64,000 bases of DNA, from assembly GCA_963769935.1 (NCBI GenBank), contig CAVYNY010000032.1:64001-128000 (forward strand). The letters are read 5' to 3'. Under the pieces are notes generated by a model that was not told the DNA's origin, ran no database searches, and worked only from the letters and a program-made list of their open reading frames with translations. The number at the start of each line of letters is the position of its first letter. Positions within the stretch are counted from its first letter, which is position 1. Source of the DNA: an uncultured delta proteobacterium (GTDB lineage Bacteria; Desulfobacterota; Desulfobacteria; Desulfobacterales; JAFDCJ01). A program made the translations under genes and the position numbers. Positions 40,073 to 50,050 of this stretch are shown one piece after another.

Positions 40073-41599
40073 CTAAAAATTGAACTGAAACGATCCTCTC
40101 TCAGCGGAGATGATTCCGTCATCCAGATATTTTTTGGTAACCGCCGCCCGCTTGGCGGCATCCGTCATGGGGTTGCGTCCGTGGGTTTCACGGATCTTCA
40201 GGTAGGCGTCGATGAGTTTACCTTCATCGGCCGTGTCCCAATTTTGCGGGTTCGCCAGACCGGTTTGATCCATTGCCTTTTCCAGGCAGGGTTTGACGTA
40301 GCCCGGCCGATTGACGTGATTGTCCAGAAGCAGGCCTACGCCGTACTCGGATGTCACCAGATCGGCTATAAAGTATCCTCGCACCCGGTAGGAATTGGAC
40401 CGGTAAAAAGTGTTTATCCGTGACAGTGCGTGCTGAATCTCGATGGTCTGCACGACCGGATTCTGGCCTGAGAGCCAGAAATAAAATGCCCATTCGCAGG
40501 CGCGCAGCTGTTCTTTTTGAGGGGCAGCCGCCAGCTTTTGTCCGGCGAGGGTGAAAAAACCGGAAATCTCATCGGTGTCGATAATATCAAGCCCGTGCTC
40601 TCCATAGTATTCCTGAAAGACGGCCTGCTCGGCCGTTTTGATTTTCCGGAGCAAGGCCGGGAGCTCACCCGGATCGTTTCCGACGCCGGCGGTCCACTGA
40701 AACATGCCGAAGGTCATAAACGCATTGTCCCAGGTGTTGACCGCATCCAGACGGCCTTCGTTTTCCGAGACGGCAACCATGACATTGATGGCCGAGTCGG
40801 TCAATCCAAAATTACTCAGCGATGGTCGATTGGCATTGATATAATCCAGGGGACTGCGCTGGCCAAAAACGTAAACTCCCCGCTTGAATTTGGTGAAGCG
40901 GACCTCCTTGCCGGCCAGCGACGCATAGATGCGGGATTTTCCGTTCTCAATTGCTTCCCGGACATTGACCTCGGCGGCGGTCTTTGCAACCGGCGCCGTA
41001 TCTTCGGCCCAGTTGGGGCCGTAAAAATTCTTGAGCCGGTCGACAATGCGCTGCGCCAGTTCCCGGGTGAGTTCACGGCCGTCGCTGCGAATATCTTCCC
41101 GGCGGGCAAAGGCTTTAAGGGCCTTGGCCGTTCCGGCGCCGTAGTTGCCGTCGGCACCGTACTTTTCCCAGTTGAGTTCCGCGCCGAATCCCAGTTCGTG
41201 GAGCAGGGTCTGCAAGGCGGCCACGGCGGTATTGTGCGGCGAGCGCCGGAAGTACAGGTGCTCGACCTTGTCCTGGGTCACCGCATTGTGGATATGCCGC
41301 AGATCGTCCAGGATGTCATAGCGGTCGATGAGTTTAGCGGCGATGGCCGGGGTGATGATCTGGCCGTCACCGGACAGACCGTTGCGTTCGGCAAAGGCCT
41401 TCACCGCCCGGGTGGTGCCGCCGCCGTAATCACCATCCGCGCCGTATTTCTGCCAGTTGAGTTCATCGGCAAAACCAAGCTCATATAAAACGGTTTGCAA
41501 GGCTTGAACCGCCTCCCGCTGGTCGGAGCCTCGTCTTAAAATCGACGCGACTTTTTGATTCCGGATTAATTCTTGGATCGTCTCACGAGGCAGCATCAT
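40073..41599 (-). CDS. Tandem peptidoglycan-binding domains plus a putative lysozyme-like catalytic domain
   Basis: Two repeats A(VQ/VA)ALQT.L.ELGF..ELNW.KYGADG.YG.GT..A.KAFA; C-domain SENEGRLDAVNTWDNAFMTFGMFQWT; RBS AAGGAG before ATG 41599; no signal peptide. Confidence 0.8.
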   Translation of the reverse strand: MMLPRETIQELIRNQKVASILRRGSDQREAVQALQTVLYELGFADELNWQKYGADGDYGGGTTRAVKAFAERNGLSGDGQIITPAIAAKLIDRYDILDDLRHIHNAVTQDKVEHLYFRRSPHNTAVAALQTLLHELGFGAELNWEKYGADGNYGAGTAKALKAFARREDIRSDGRELTRELAQRIVDRLKNFYGPNWAEDTAPVAKTAAEVNVREAIENGKSRIYASLAGKEVRFTKFKRGVYVFGQRSPLDYINANRPSLSNFGLTDSAINVMVAVSENEGRLDAVNTWDNAFMTFGMFQWTAGVGNDPGELPALLRKIKTAEQAVFQEYYGEHGLDIIDTDEISGFFTLAGQKLAAAPQKEQLRACEWAFYFWLSGQNPVVQTIEIQHALSRINTFYRSNSYRVRGYFIADLVTSEYGVGLLLDNHVNRPGYVKPCLEKAMDQTGLANPQNWDTADEGKLIDAYLKIRETHGRNPMTDAAKRAAVTKKYLDDGIISAERGSFQFNF

Positions 41600-41789
41600 T
41601 GACGCTCCTTGATCGATAGTTGGCAGATATAATGAAGGTTGATGGCAATCTCGGCGTTCTCGGCAAGCTTTGCTAAAAAACACCTGTCTATGCCCGGATG
41701 CCTGGATCAGATAAGTCACCGTCAGCCTTGATGATCCAATTGACATGAATGTTCTTTGGGCGGATTTCCTCAGAACTTCCTTAATAATT

Positions 41790-42836
41790 TCAGTCAATCA
41801 GGGTCAGTTCGCAGGTTCGATTCTGGTTTTTATAATTGTTCCAAACCAGCAACTGCAGGCCTCGCCCGGTATCGCCCTGATCCTTGTATTGGTCGTAGGT
41901 GCCATCCGTAAAATAGCATGTGCTCCAGATATTTCTAACATGCGTCGTTTTTCCGTCTCCGTCCACGCCGTTTGCGTCCCCCGCGTCGGTATTGCTTGCG
42001 CGCCACCGGCCGTTGCCGGCTGCGTAATAAAATGTAAAAAAGACCGATGCGCTTTCGGTATTTTCATCCGACGCCCAGCGGGTCATGGCCAGGCGCACCT
42101 GGCAGCCGTCGTAATCGCCGCAAAGCGCAACCAGGGTATCCTGCGGGATTGTCTTCGTCCGGCCGCCGTACTTCACTCCGGTCAATGAGAGGTGGTAGCG
42201 GGGCGAAATTTCGTAGACCCCCTCGGGCTCATCGTCCCTCTGGTAGCGGGCGAAGTACGTGACTTGGCCCTTGATGCGGGCGTTGCCGGCAACGTCCAGC
42301 GTCGCTTCGGGACTGGCCGTACCGATACCGACATTGCCGCCTTGCATGCTGACCTGGCCGTTCAGTTTTGTATCTCCGACAATTTCTAATTTTGCTGCAG
42401 GATTCGTCGTTCCAATACCGACGTTGCCGCCGTCCATGACCACATTGCCGCCTGCGGTCACCGTCAGCCATTTTTTGGCGCCGGAAGGATCGGTTACGTT
42501 CAGCGGGATATGATCTTTAAGCGGTTGAATGGCAAGGTGCTGATCATCGTCAGGAGCGCGATTAATTCCAACCGAACCGTTAATTTTCGTGCTGCCGGCC
42601 ACATCCAATTCTGCCTCAGGCGTCGTGGTCCCGATGCCGACCCGGCCGTTTTTATCGATAAATAAGGCATCATCGCTGCTCTGCCCGATTTGAACACGGC
42701 CGCCCGGCAGCATGATGGCCAGCAGAAAAATCACCCCACAAGCAAATGCGTTGCGAAATCTCTTTGGATTTTCATTACCGGCAGTTAGTTTGCCGTGCTC
42801 CGCCCTGCCAGATTTGCTTGGCGACAGTTGCTTCAT
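41790..42836 (-). CDS. Tail-fibre-like protein with GNVGIGT repeats and N-terminal hydrophobic segment
   Basis: Repeats GRVGIGTTTPEAELDVAG, GSVGIN, GNVGIGTTNPAAKLEIVG and GNVGIGTASPEATLDVAG; Cys-containing C-terminal head. Confidence 0.75.
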   Translation of the reverse strand: MKQLSPSKSGRAEHGKLTAGNENPKRFRNAFACGVIFLLAIMLPGGRVQIGQSSDDALFIDKNGRVGIGTTTPEAELDVAGSTKINGSVGINRAPDDDQHLAIQPLKDHIPLNVTDPSGAKKWLTVTAGGNVVMDGGNVGIGTTNPAAKLEIVGDTKLNGQVSMQGGNVGIGTASPEATLDVAGNARIKGQVTYFARYQRDDEPEGVYEISPRYHLSLTGVKYGGRTKTIPQDTLVALCGDYDGCQVRLAMTRWASDENTESASVFFTFYYAAGNGRWRASNTDAGDANGVDGDGKTTHVRNIWSTCYFTDGTYDQYKDQGDTGRGLQLLVWNNYKNQNRTCELTLID

Positions 42837-42925
42837 TTTTTCTCTCCCTTCCTACCCGGATCCGCCTTGAGGCGGAGAAAAGGCTGCCACAAAGGCGGCC
42901 GGACACACAGGGAAACCTTCCATCG

Positions 42926-43711
42926 TCAGGGCAGCCGCATGATAAATGCCAGGGCATAAAAAGACGGCCGGTTTTCATGCGGTTGGCCTTGGCCTGCGGG
43001 GAAAGTAGTAAAACTATGACTGTGATTGCCGGCACTGTCCGTATTGACCGATCCCCGCCACCGCACATCGTTGGGGTCGGCATTGCTGCCGCCCCCGAAT
43101 CCCATGTCGACCGTAGTTTGACCGGGGATGTTTCGCTTGCGCTTGGTCAAACCTTTGGCATCGGTTCCCTCTATCCAGTGCTGGTGAATACCGGCGGCTG
43201 CAGTCTGGCCGGCATGCACATGCGGCGGCAGTTGATCAACCGTCAGTATGATGCTGTCGGCACCGCCGTTATCGCCGATTTTGTAGCTGCGACCGGCAGC
43301 GGCGACAAAGCGGTCCTGCAGATCCGGCGCCCCGTTTTTACCATTGCACAATTGCCAGCCTTCGTAGGGGGTGTCTTTGCGGCCGGTGCCCTCCACATCA
43401 AAGACCTGGTCGATGTCGCCTGCAAACATGACAATTGCGCCCGGCGGCACCATTCCGATTCCAAGAATGGCGCCGTTTACATCCAATTTCGCCCGCGGGG
43501 CCTGCCGGCCGATGCCGACATTGCCGTTTTGATCGATGAAAAGGGCATCGCCACTTTCAGCGTAGACAAGATAGTTGCCCGTCAGGACGAAAAAGGCGGT
43601 CAGAAATATCAAAACTGCGGCCAAGGATTTGAACACTATTCCGCCGGCCGCGGATATAGCGGATTGACATCGCCGGTTCGACTCACTTTGGAAACGTTCT
43701 GCAGCTTTCAT
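42926..43711 (-). CDS. Tail-collar / short tail-fibre-like protein with N-terminal hydrophobic segment
   Basis: GNVGIG repeat, then VPPGAIVMFAG...GWQLCNG...PDLQDRFV, HxH motifs (HVH, HQH, HSH) and HENRPSFYALAFIMRL. Confidence 0.8.
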   Translation of the reverse strand: MKAAERFQSESNRRCQSAISAAGGIVFKSLAAVLIFLTAFFVLTGNYLVYAESGDALFIDQNGNVGIGRQAPRAKLDVNGAILGIGMVPPGAIVMFAGDIDQVFDVEGTGRKDTPYEGWQLCNGKNGAPDLQDRFVAAAGRSYKIGDNGGADSIILTVDQLPPHVHAGQTAAAGIHQHWIEGTDAKGLTKRKRNIPGQTTVDMGFGGGSNADPNDVRWRGSVNTDSAGNHSHSFTTFPAGQGQPHENRPSFYALAFIMRLP

Positions 43712-44136
43712 ATTTATCTCCGGGCTTAAGTTTTAAATAGCAGCAGGCATTGCATCCTGTGAACCAATTCAATTTTTGAGTAGATAAAATTTGGGATGAC
43801 GGCAGGGGGCAGCCGGATTATAAATAAAAATCCCGATGAGTGAGGTGTGCCGATGCGGTTTAGGAGAAGCATCGATTGATGGAACCCGCCTTATTGAAAG
43901 CTGAATAAGCAAGAGCGGTGAATTGTATTTGGGATTCGGCTGCAGCCCGGTTTATGGAAAGTCACAATGACCGTATATTCTCTGTATCCGCTTATCGAAG
44001 TTGGATTTATTTGTCAAGTTAGATATTGTACGAGAAGTAATGATTACCGGATTCGGTTATTCCAACTTAATCCTTTTCGATAACTGGTAATCATGATAAT
44101 AGAAAAAGGCAACTAACGCCTGAAAAAAATGCTACC

Positions 44137-44164
44137 TTGACAATCTCTGCCGTAGAATTATTGT
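44137..44164 (+). promoter_or_regulatory. Putative sigma70 promoter for the rightward operon
   Basis: TTGACA (44137-44142), 16 nt, TATTGT (44159-44164), in AT-rich divergent intergenic DNA. Confidence 0.4.
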
Positions 44165-44621
44165 AACCTGTTAGATTACTTATTAAATGATTTAGGAGAC
44201 GCGAGATTTTTTATGCAACGAAATCTTCGGCGCCCGGCCGATTCAAAAAAAGACATCGCCAACGACTTGTCTTTATAAACAATCTCACATCAGCAATTCT
44301 TCCGCTATTGCCTATGCTGACTCCGGCGGGCGTTGAACCAACAGCTCTCCTTGCCGTCTTTGGCGGACAGGCCGCCTTCGTCTTTCATTGCTCTTTTCAA
44401 CAGGCCTTGATCAGATCCTGCGCTCAAGGAGGAGCCAGCTTGCCAGTTAAAACCTAAAGGAAATAAGAGTATTTTTGAAGACACCGGCCGGCAAAGCAGA
44501 GCCGAAAGATGTTTGAGATCAAATTATGAAAGCCCAGCGGTTCGAGGGAAACGCGAGCGGTGGCTGTTGGAATGAACTTATCAAAGTGTAAAAAAATAAA
44601 CCCTTAAAGGAGGAAACCAAA

Positions 44622-45164
44622 ATGGCTGCAGCTGAAGGTGAAAAGACAAAAGAAACCTCAGACAAAGGGAATCAACCGCCAACAGACCTTCCTCAGACGG
44701 CCACGCCATCGGATGTGCTCTCGGGGGCGGAACAATTGCTGGACGGAGAAAACCACTACGGAATTGCTATCTTGGTGGCAAGCGACGGCGTTCCATCGAC
44801 CTTGATGATCCCCGATGTCGGCGGGGTCAAAGATGGGAAACCTGTCTTCATTACCAAACCGATAAGAATTAACGGCGATAATTTAAAGGCTTTCCTCCAG
44901 AATAAAGGGGTAACTCTACCCGATCCGCTGCCCGATCTAATCGGGAACACACAAATTTCTTGCGAAGCGTTCTATTGGACGAATGCCGGCCCTATGTTGA
45001 TGATGTTCGCGATTAACTTTAAAGAAGGTCTGATAAAAACACTGACGGGTGATCCGGACCTAGAAAAATTGTTTACTATTCAAGGCGCAGCCGTGCGGGT
45101 GATTCGCTGTCCAAAGGGTTCATTTGATGTTCTCAAACAATACGCTGCCGGTCTTTCAACATAA
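44622..45164 (+). CDS. Hypothetical protein (180 aa), first gene of the DUF6603-like operon
   Basis: Strong RBS AAAGGAGG; no recognisable family. Confidence 0.8.
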   Translation: MAAAEGEKTKETSDKGNQPPTDLPQTATPSDVLSGAEQLLDGENHYGIAILVASDGVPSTLMIPDVGGVKDGKPVFITKPIRINGDNLKAFLQNKGVTLPDPLPDLIGNTQISCEAFYWTNAGPMLMMFAINFKEGLIKTLTGDPDLEKLFTIQGAAVRVIRCPKGSFDVLKQYAAGLST

Positions 45165-45209
45165 GCATAAAAAGCTGATGGAAGTTGCGACATCGATGTC
45201 GAACAAAGG

Positions 45210-45267
45210 GTGGGGTGGGCATCGGCCACCGATATCAGCGATATTTGGTGGGCAATGCCCACCCTAC
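45210..45267. repeat. GTAG-type REP doublet
   Basis: gtggggtgggcatcggccacc followed by the inverted copy ggtgggcaatgcccaccctac (reverse complement GTAGGGTGGGCATTGCCCACC). Confidence 0.75.
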
Positions 45268-45337
45268 GATATAGAATTTTAGCAACGTTTGGGTTTACAT
45301 GTCCGCCCGCGTCTCATCGCAGAAGGATAATATTTGC

Positions 45338-48253
45338 ATGTCGAAATCAGAAATTCAGCAACAGACCGATCTTATTCTAAAGGTTTCGATCGCTCGAATT
45401 CCGATCTCGATTCAAGGAACATTCTCCGATGGTAAAATAGAGGAATTTTCCGCGGCCGTCACCATCCGCAAGTCATTAAAGGCTTTCCTCAACGATCTGG
45501 GGGTCGACTTCGGCGAAGCCATCAAGGTCCTGGAGCAGTTGGCCGGCGGCAAGGGTTCAAACATTGCACTTGAAGAACTGGCCTTTGCCTATCACACCAA
45601 TGCACCGAAGTATATGCAAATCATGGTGACGATGACTGCCGGTGCCGGCCGCTGCCGATTTGTAATTTTAAAGGAGATCGGCAACGGCGGCTATATGGCG
45701 GGCCTGGATTTGCAGTCGGACGGCGGGGCCTTGAAGAACAATTTTCTGGCCGGGCTGATCGGCGACATTAAAATCAGCGATCTGGGCCTTTTTTACGCCA
45801 GCCAAGCCATTCCGAACGTCAAATTTCCAAGCTCGGATCCCGGCGGGAAAAGGGTGCCTGACTTTATCCAGGGCCTGAATTTTTCCGCCGGAATTCTTGT
45901 GGGGGGCGTCAATCTGCTCGATATGCCGGGAACCCAGGCCGGGCCGCAAACCGCCCCGGCGGAGCCGCAGAGACCGCCGGCACCCCAAGCCGCTCCGGGC
46001 GCCCTGGAAACCCCGCTGGCCGGAGAATCGACCAAGTGGATCGAGACGAACAAAACGATCGGCCCATTGTCCATTCGACGGGTCGGATTGGGTTACGAAG
46101 CGCCGCGAATTGCGATCAAGTTGGATGCCGGGCTGCGGTTGAGTTGTTTGACGTTTAAGTTCGAAGGCCTGGGAATGAGCTACCCGCTGGATCAGTTTAC
46201 CGCCGACCCCAAAAAGATCTGGCAGCATCTGAAGTTCCTGCTGGACGGCGCGGCCGTGATCTTTGAGCAGGGCCCGCTGACCATTGCCGGGGGGCTGCTG
46301 AAGGTCAACGATTCTCCCCTCCAGCTGGACGGCACGCTGCTGATTCGAACCCAAATCTTTACCATTGCGGCCATTGGCTCCTACGCCGACCTGGATGGCA
46401 CCCCCTCCTTTTTTGTGTTTGCGGCCCTGCAAAGGGAGCTGGGCGGCCCCCCCTATTTCTTTGTCCTGGGATTCTCGTTCGGCTTCGGCCTGAATCGCGC
46501 CCTGAAGCTTCCGACCATCAACGAAGTCCAGAATTTTCCCCTGGTTCAGGCGGCGACGAATCCCAACTATCTTGGGCAAAACTTGGATCTGCGGATGATC
46601 AGCCGCAAATTGGGCGTCTACATCTATCCTTCGGCCGGCAATTTCTGGATCGCCGCGGGTATCAAGTTTACCTCCTTCGGCCTGATTGACTCCTTTGCGC
46701 TGCTTTCGGTTTCGTTTGGCACCCAGTTTGAAATCGGACTGCTCGGCCTGGCGAAGATGCGCATCCCCAGAGAACTGCCCGGGACCTCGGCCGTGCCGGT
46801 CATCGTATTCGCCGAAATGGCTTTCAAGATTGCCTTTTCGACGGAGAGTGGACTGTTGTCCTTTGAAGCCCGATTGACTGAAAACTCTTATGTCCTGCGC
46901 AAGGATTTTATGCTGAGAGGCGGGTTTGTATTCTATTCCTGGTTTGCCGGGCCGCATGAAGGCGATTTTGTCGTTTCGCTCGGCGGATACCACCCCAGGT
47001 TTCAGCCCCCGGCGCACTACCCTAAACCCGATCTGGTGGAATTTATCTGCAAGACCGGTGCCGTCACGATTAGCGGCTATTGTTATTTCGCTTTGTGCCC
47101 CTCGGCCATCATGGCCGGCGGCTCTCTCAGCATCGTCTATCAATCCGGCGGCATCAAGGCCTGGTTTATCGCCTATGCCGACTTTTTAATTCAATGGAAG
47201 CCCCTTTACTACGATATTGCGATCGGAATCTCAATCGGTGTAGCGCTCAACCTGAAAATCGGCATTATTCGGATACATTTGTCGTTGGAGTTGAGCGCTG
47301 CGGTCAGTCTGCACGGTCCGCCCCTGGGCGGAAAGGCTCGCATATCGTTATGGATTATTACCTTTACGGTTAAATTCGGCGAGGCCAAACGCCTGCCGCC
47401 TCCCTTGCGGTGGGAATCCGATGACTCCGAAAAATCCTTCGCCAAATCGTTTTTGCCGAATCCGGATGTCACCCGCATCTCGCTGGCCGACGGCCTGCTG
47501 CAGGAGGTCAAAGGGAAGGATAGAACCCACCGGCTGGTGAACCCGCACAAACTTGTTTTGAACTGCCGCACCCTGGTACCGGCCACTGCCGTGCTCTACA
47601 ATGGCAAACCGCCGATGGGCGCCGACCAAAAACCGCTGAAAGTTCTCCAACCCAGCGTCAACGGCAAACCAACAGAACTGGGTATCCGCCCCATGGGAAA
47701 GTCCACGCTCTATTCCCGCATCGATATTATGTTCGAGCCCGGCGGCGGAGCCTCTGAAGCCGCCGAACAGTATCTGGCGCAGTATATTGATGTTTGCCTG
47801 ACGACCAGGAGCATACCGCTCGCACTCTGGGGCGGGGATAAAATGAGCATCGTCAGTCCGCCCAAGGCGGATGAGCAGATGATCGACCACGCCCTGGTGG
47901 GCTTGGAAATCCGGACCAGACCCGGGCCGCGGCCCTGGGAGACGCCGGTCCTGGACCTTGAAGTCTTGGCTTATGATCGATATCAGAAAAATTTCAATTG
48001 GTCGGACCTCGCACCAGCTGAGGCCCTGCCGGGCTTTGGGGATGCGACGATTTCCAATACCATCAACAAGGGGGAAGTCGTCCGGAAAAGAAGTCAAATC
48101 CTGACCACGTTGATCGAAAGCGGCCGCCGGACCCTGAAGCCGGAAGAGATTCAGCTCGATCAATTGGCGCAAAACGCCGAGTTTATCTTCCAGGCCTTGC
48201 CGGCGATGGCCCGGGCGGGACAGTATCCTCCCCGGGGCTATCGGGAGACATGA
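45338..48253 (+). CDS. DUF6603-like large beta-rich protein
   Basis: IGPLSIRRVGL, AIGSYA, PSFFVFA.L..ELGGPPYFFV.G...GFGLNR.L.LP, W.AAGIKF, GDFVVSLGGYHP.F..P.HYP, YFALCPSAIMAGG, ADFLIQWKP; recognised from memory as DUF6603. Alternative start 45299. Confidence 0.78.
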   Translation: MSKSEIQQQTDLILKVSIARIPISIQGTFSDGKIEEFSAAVTIRKSLKAFLNDLGVDFGEAIKVLEQLAGGKGSNIALEELAFAYHTNAPKYMQIMVTMTAGAGRCRFVILKEIGNGGYMAGLDLQSDGGALKNNFLAGLIGDIKISDLGLFYASQAIPNVKFPSSDPGGKRVPDFIQGLNFSAGILVGGVNLLDMPGTQAGPQTAPAEPQRPPAPQAAPGALETPLAGESTKWIETNKTIGPLSIRRVGLGYEAPRIAIKLDAGLRLSCLTFKFEGLGMSYPLDQFTADPKKIWQHLKFLLDGAAVIFEQGPLTIAGGLLKVNDSPLQLDGTLLIRTQIFTIAAIGSYADLDGTPSFFVFAALQRELGGPPYFFVLGFSFGFGLNRALKLPTINEVQNFPLVQAATNPNYLGQNLDLRMISRKLGVYIYPSAGNFWIAAGIKFTSFGLIDSFALLSVSFGTQFEIGLLGLAKMRIPRELPGTSAVPVIVFAEMAFKIAFSTESGLLSFEARLTENSYVLRKDFMLRGGFVFYSWFAGPHEGDFVVSLGGYHPRFQPPAHYPKPDLVEFICKTGAVTISGYCYFALCPSAIMAGGSLSIVYQSGGIKAWFIAYADFLIQWKPLYYDIAIGISIGVALNLKIGIIRIHLSLELSAAVSLHGPPLGGKARISLWIITFTVKFGEAKRLPPPLRWESDDSEKSFAKSFLPNPDVTRISLADGLLQEVKGKDRTHRLVNPHKLVLNCRTLVPATAVLYNGKPPMGADQKPLKVLQPSVNGKPTELGIRPMGKSTLYSRIDIMFEPGGGASEAAEQYLAQYIDVCLTTRSIPLALWGGDKMSIVSPPKADEQMIDHALVGLEIRTRPGPRPWETPVLDLEVLAYDRYQKNFNWSDLAPAEALPGFGDATISNTINKGEVVRKRSQILTTLIESGRRTLKPEEIQLDQLAQNAEFIFQALPAMARAGQYPPRGYRET

Positions 48254-48257
48254 TGGC

Positions 48258-49766
48258 ATGACTGAAAAAATTGAATACCAGCCGCCCGTCACTGTAACAG
48301 CCGGACAGATTCAGTTCATCGAAGCCTGCCATCCGCCGCTGGCGGCAGGCGAATACAAGGCCGGCATGAGTCAGGTCATCAAAGCGTCCGAGGATGCGGC
48401 CGTGCCCTGGAATTCCGATCCCTATCGTTCAGACCTGGTTTTCGCGGTGGATGCGCCCCGCTTCACCTTCAATCCTGCCGACATCCATTCGGTCTATCCC
48501 CCGGTCAATGCCGGCGGCAGTTTTAACAATGCCTTGCCGCACGTCGTCTTTGCCCGGCGCACCCTGCCGTGGGAGCGCACCTTGGACGGCCGGCCCCCGG
48601 AATTCGGTCAGGCGTTTCCGCCTTGGCTGGGAATTCTCCTGCTGACCGAGGACGAGTTAACCGATCCAACGACCGGACGGCTGCGGGAAGTCGTCTCACT
48701 GCCGATCTTAAGCGAGGATAAAGACAGCCTGCTGATTCCGCGCGGAAAAGAAAAGGTCTTGGTGCCCGACCTGGGACAAGACGGTTCCGGCGACACAGAG
48801 GACCAAAAATTTCGCGCGCAAAAGTGGGCCGGGGAAAAATGGCAATACGAAAAGAAAACAGACGACCAGAACGAAAAACAGCTGTGTCTGGCAATTGATT
48901 TGCCGGCCGATCTTTTCAAGGCGGTTGCTCCCCGACTTGATGACTTGCCCTATCTGGCCCATGTCCGCCAGATCGATACCGGCAACAAGGAGGTCCTCGG
49001 TGTCAATGACAGCGGCTGGTTTTCCCTGGTCATCGGCAACCGTTTGCCCCAGACCGATAACCGTCATCACGCCTTTCTCGTTTCCCTGGAAGGGTGGCAG
49101 GATCGTTTGAAAGACGACTGGCAGCCTGGAGACGGCCGGCAAGTGCGATTGGCGGTCCTCGGAACCTGGACCTTTAACTGTGCCGGTTCAAACGATTTCA
49201 AGGCCCACATGGATCTATTGAATTTCGACCGGAAAAATCCGCCGCCGCCCGAAGCTCGCAAAAACCTCCCCGACTCCTGGCTGCATCTGCCTTATGACCC
49301 CTATGATAATGAATCGCGGGAGCCGAAGAATATCGTCAACACGGCATATGCACGGGGCTATACCGCCTGCAACCACATCATGCGCCAGGGAGAAAAAACG
49401 GTTTCCTGGTATCGGGGACCGCTGGTTCCGTTGAACTATGACAAACCGGCCCAGGTTCAGGAACTGATTTGCTGCGCCGATGAACTGCTGCGCTACGACC
49501 CGGACATCGGCCTCTTCGACGTTACCTACGCCGCTGCGTGGCAGCTCGGACGGCTCCTGGCGCTTCAAAACCAAAGCTTCGCCCTGGCTTTGAATCGCAC
49601 CCGCCAAGCATTGCGGGTCAGGGCCGAATGGCTGGTGCACCGTGCGGAGCTTAAAGAACGGTACAAGGAGCTCGATCTGCAGGAGGAAAAATTTATCGAA
49701 GACAGCTTGATGGAGAAAATCGCCGGAGCGGCCGGCGAAGAACTGAAAGGTGTCGTTCCCGAGTGA
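48258..49766 (+). CDS. Conserved hypothetical protein (502 aa), DUF6603-associated
   Basis: Starts 4 nt after the previous stop; IHSVYPP, LPHVVF..RTLPWER, LAHVR, IGNRLP, LVSLEG, GEKTVSWYRGPLVP, DVTYAAAWQLGRLLAL. Confidence 0.8.
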   Translation: MTEKIEYQPPVTVTAGQIQFIEACHPPLAAGEYKAGMSQVIKASEDAAVPWNSDPYRSDLVFAVDAPRFTFNPADIHSVYPPVNAGGSFNNALPHVVFARRTLPWERTLDGRPPEFGQAFPPWLGILLLTEDELTDPTTGRLREVVSLPILSEDKDSLLIPRGKEKVLVPDLGQDGSGDTEDQKFRAQKWAGEKWQYEKKTDDQNEKQLCLAIDLPADLFKAVAPRLDDLPYLAHVRQIDTGNKEVLGVNDSGWFSLVIGNRLPQTDNRHHAFLVSLEGWQDRLKDDWQPGDGRQVRLAVLGTWTFNCAGSNDFKAHMDLLNFDRKNPPPPEARKNLPDSWLHLPYDPYDNESREPKNIVNTAYARGYTACNHIMRQGEKTVSWYRGPLVPLNYDKPAQVQELICCADELLRYDPDIGLFDVTYAAAWQLGRLLALQNQSFALALNRTRQALRVRAEWLVHRAELKERYKELDLQEEKFIEDSLMEKIAGAAGEELKGVVPE

Positions 49767-49810
49767 TAAGGGATTGAAAATTGAATATTTGCGGATGTCG
49801 CTTCGCTCGT

Positions 49811-50027
49811 ATGAAACTTCCTTAAATTTGATGCCATTTTTACGAAGAGTCCCACCGCTGAGAGCGCAGAGATTAATTTAACTTTTTTTGCTCGGCGTTC
49901 TTCCACCGGGGCGTAGGCCCTATGGGCCGGAGGCTGCGGGCTCTGCGGTGAACTATTATGTTTCTTTTTCGATCAGACCGGCCGTTGTTTTGACCGGCGG
50001 CTGGGCTGAGACCTGACACCTGACACC
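49811..50027. repeat. Dispersed intergenic repeat, copy 2 (copy 1 at 4453-4617)
   Basis: Same sequence blocks as 4453-4617 with a longer central part; preceded by attgaaaattgaatattt heptamers. Confidence 0.92.
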
Positions 50028-50050
50028 TTTTTATGGAAAGCTGATACAAT

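Noticed and set aside
44485..44570. Cyclic di-GMP-I riboswitch (GGCAAA...GAAA pattern) upstream of the operon
   Set aside because: The downstream GACGCAAAGC-type consensus and the second stem could not be matched by eye; it needs an Infernal search.
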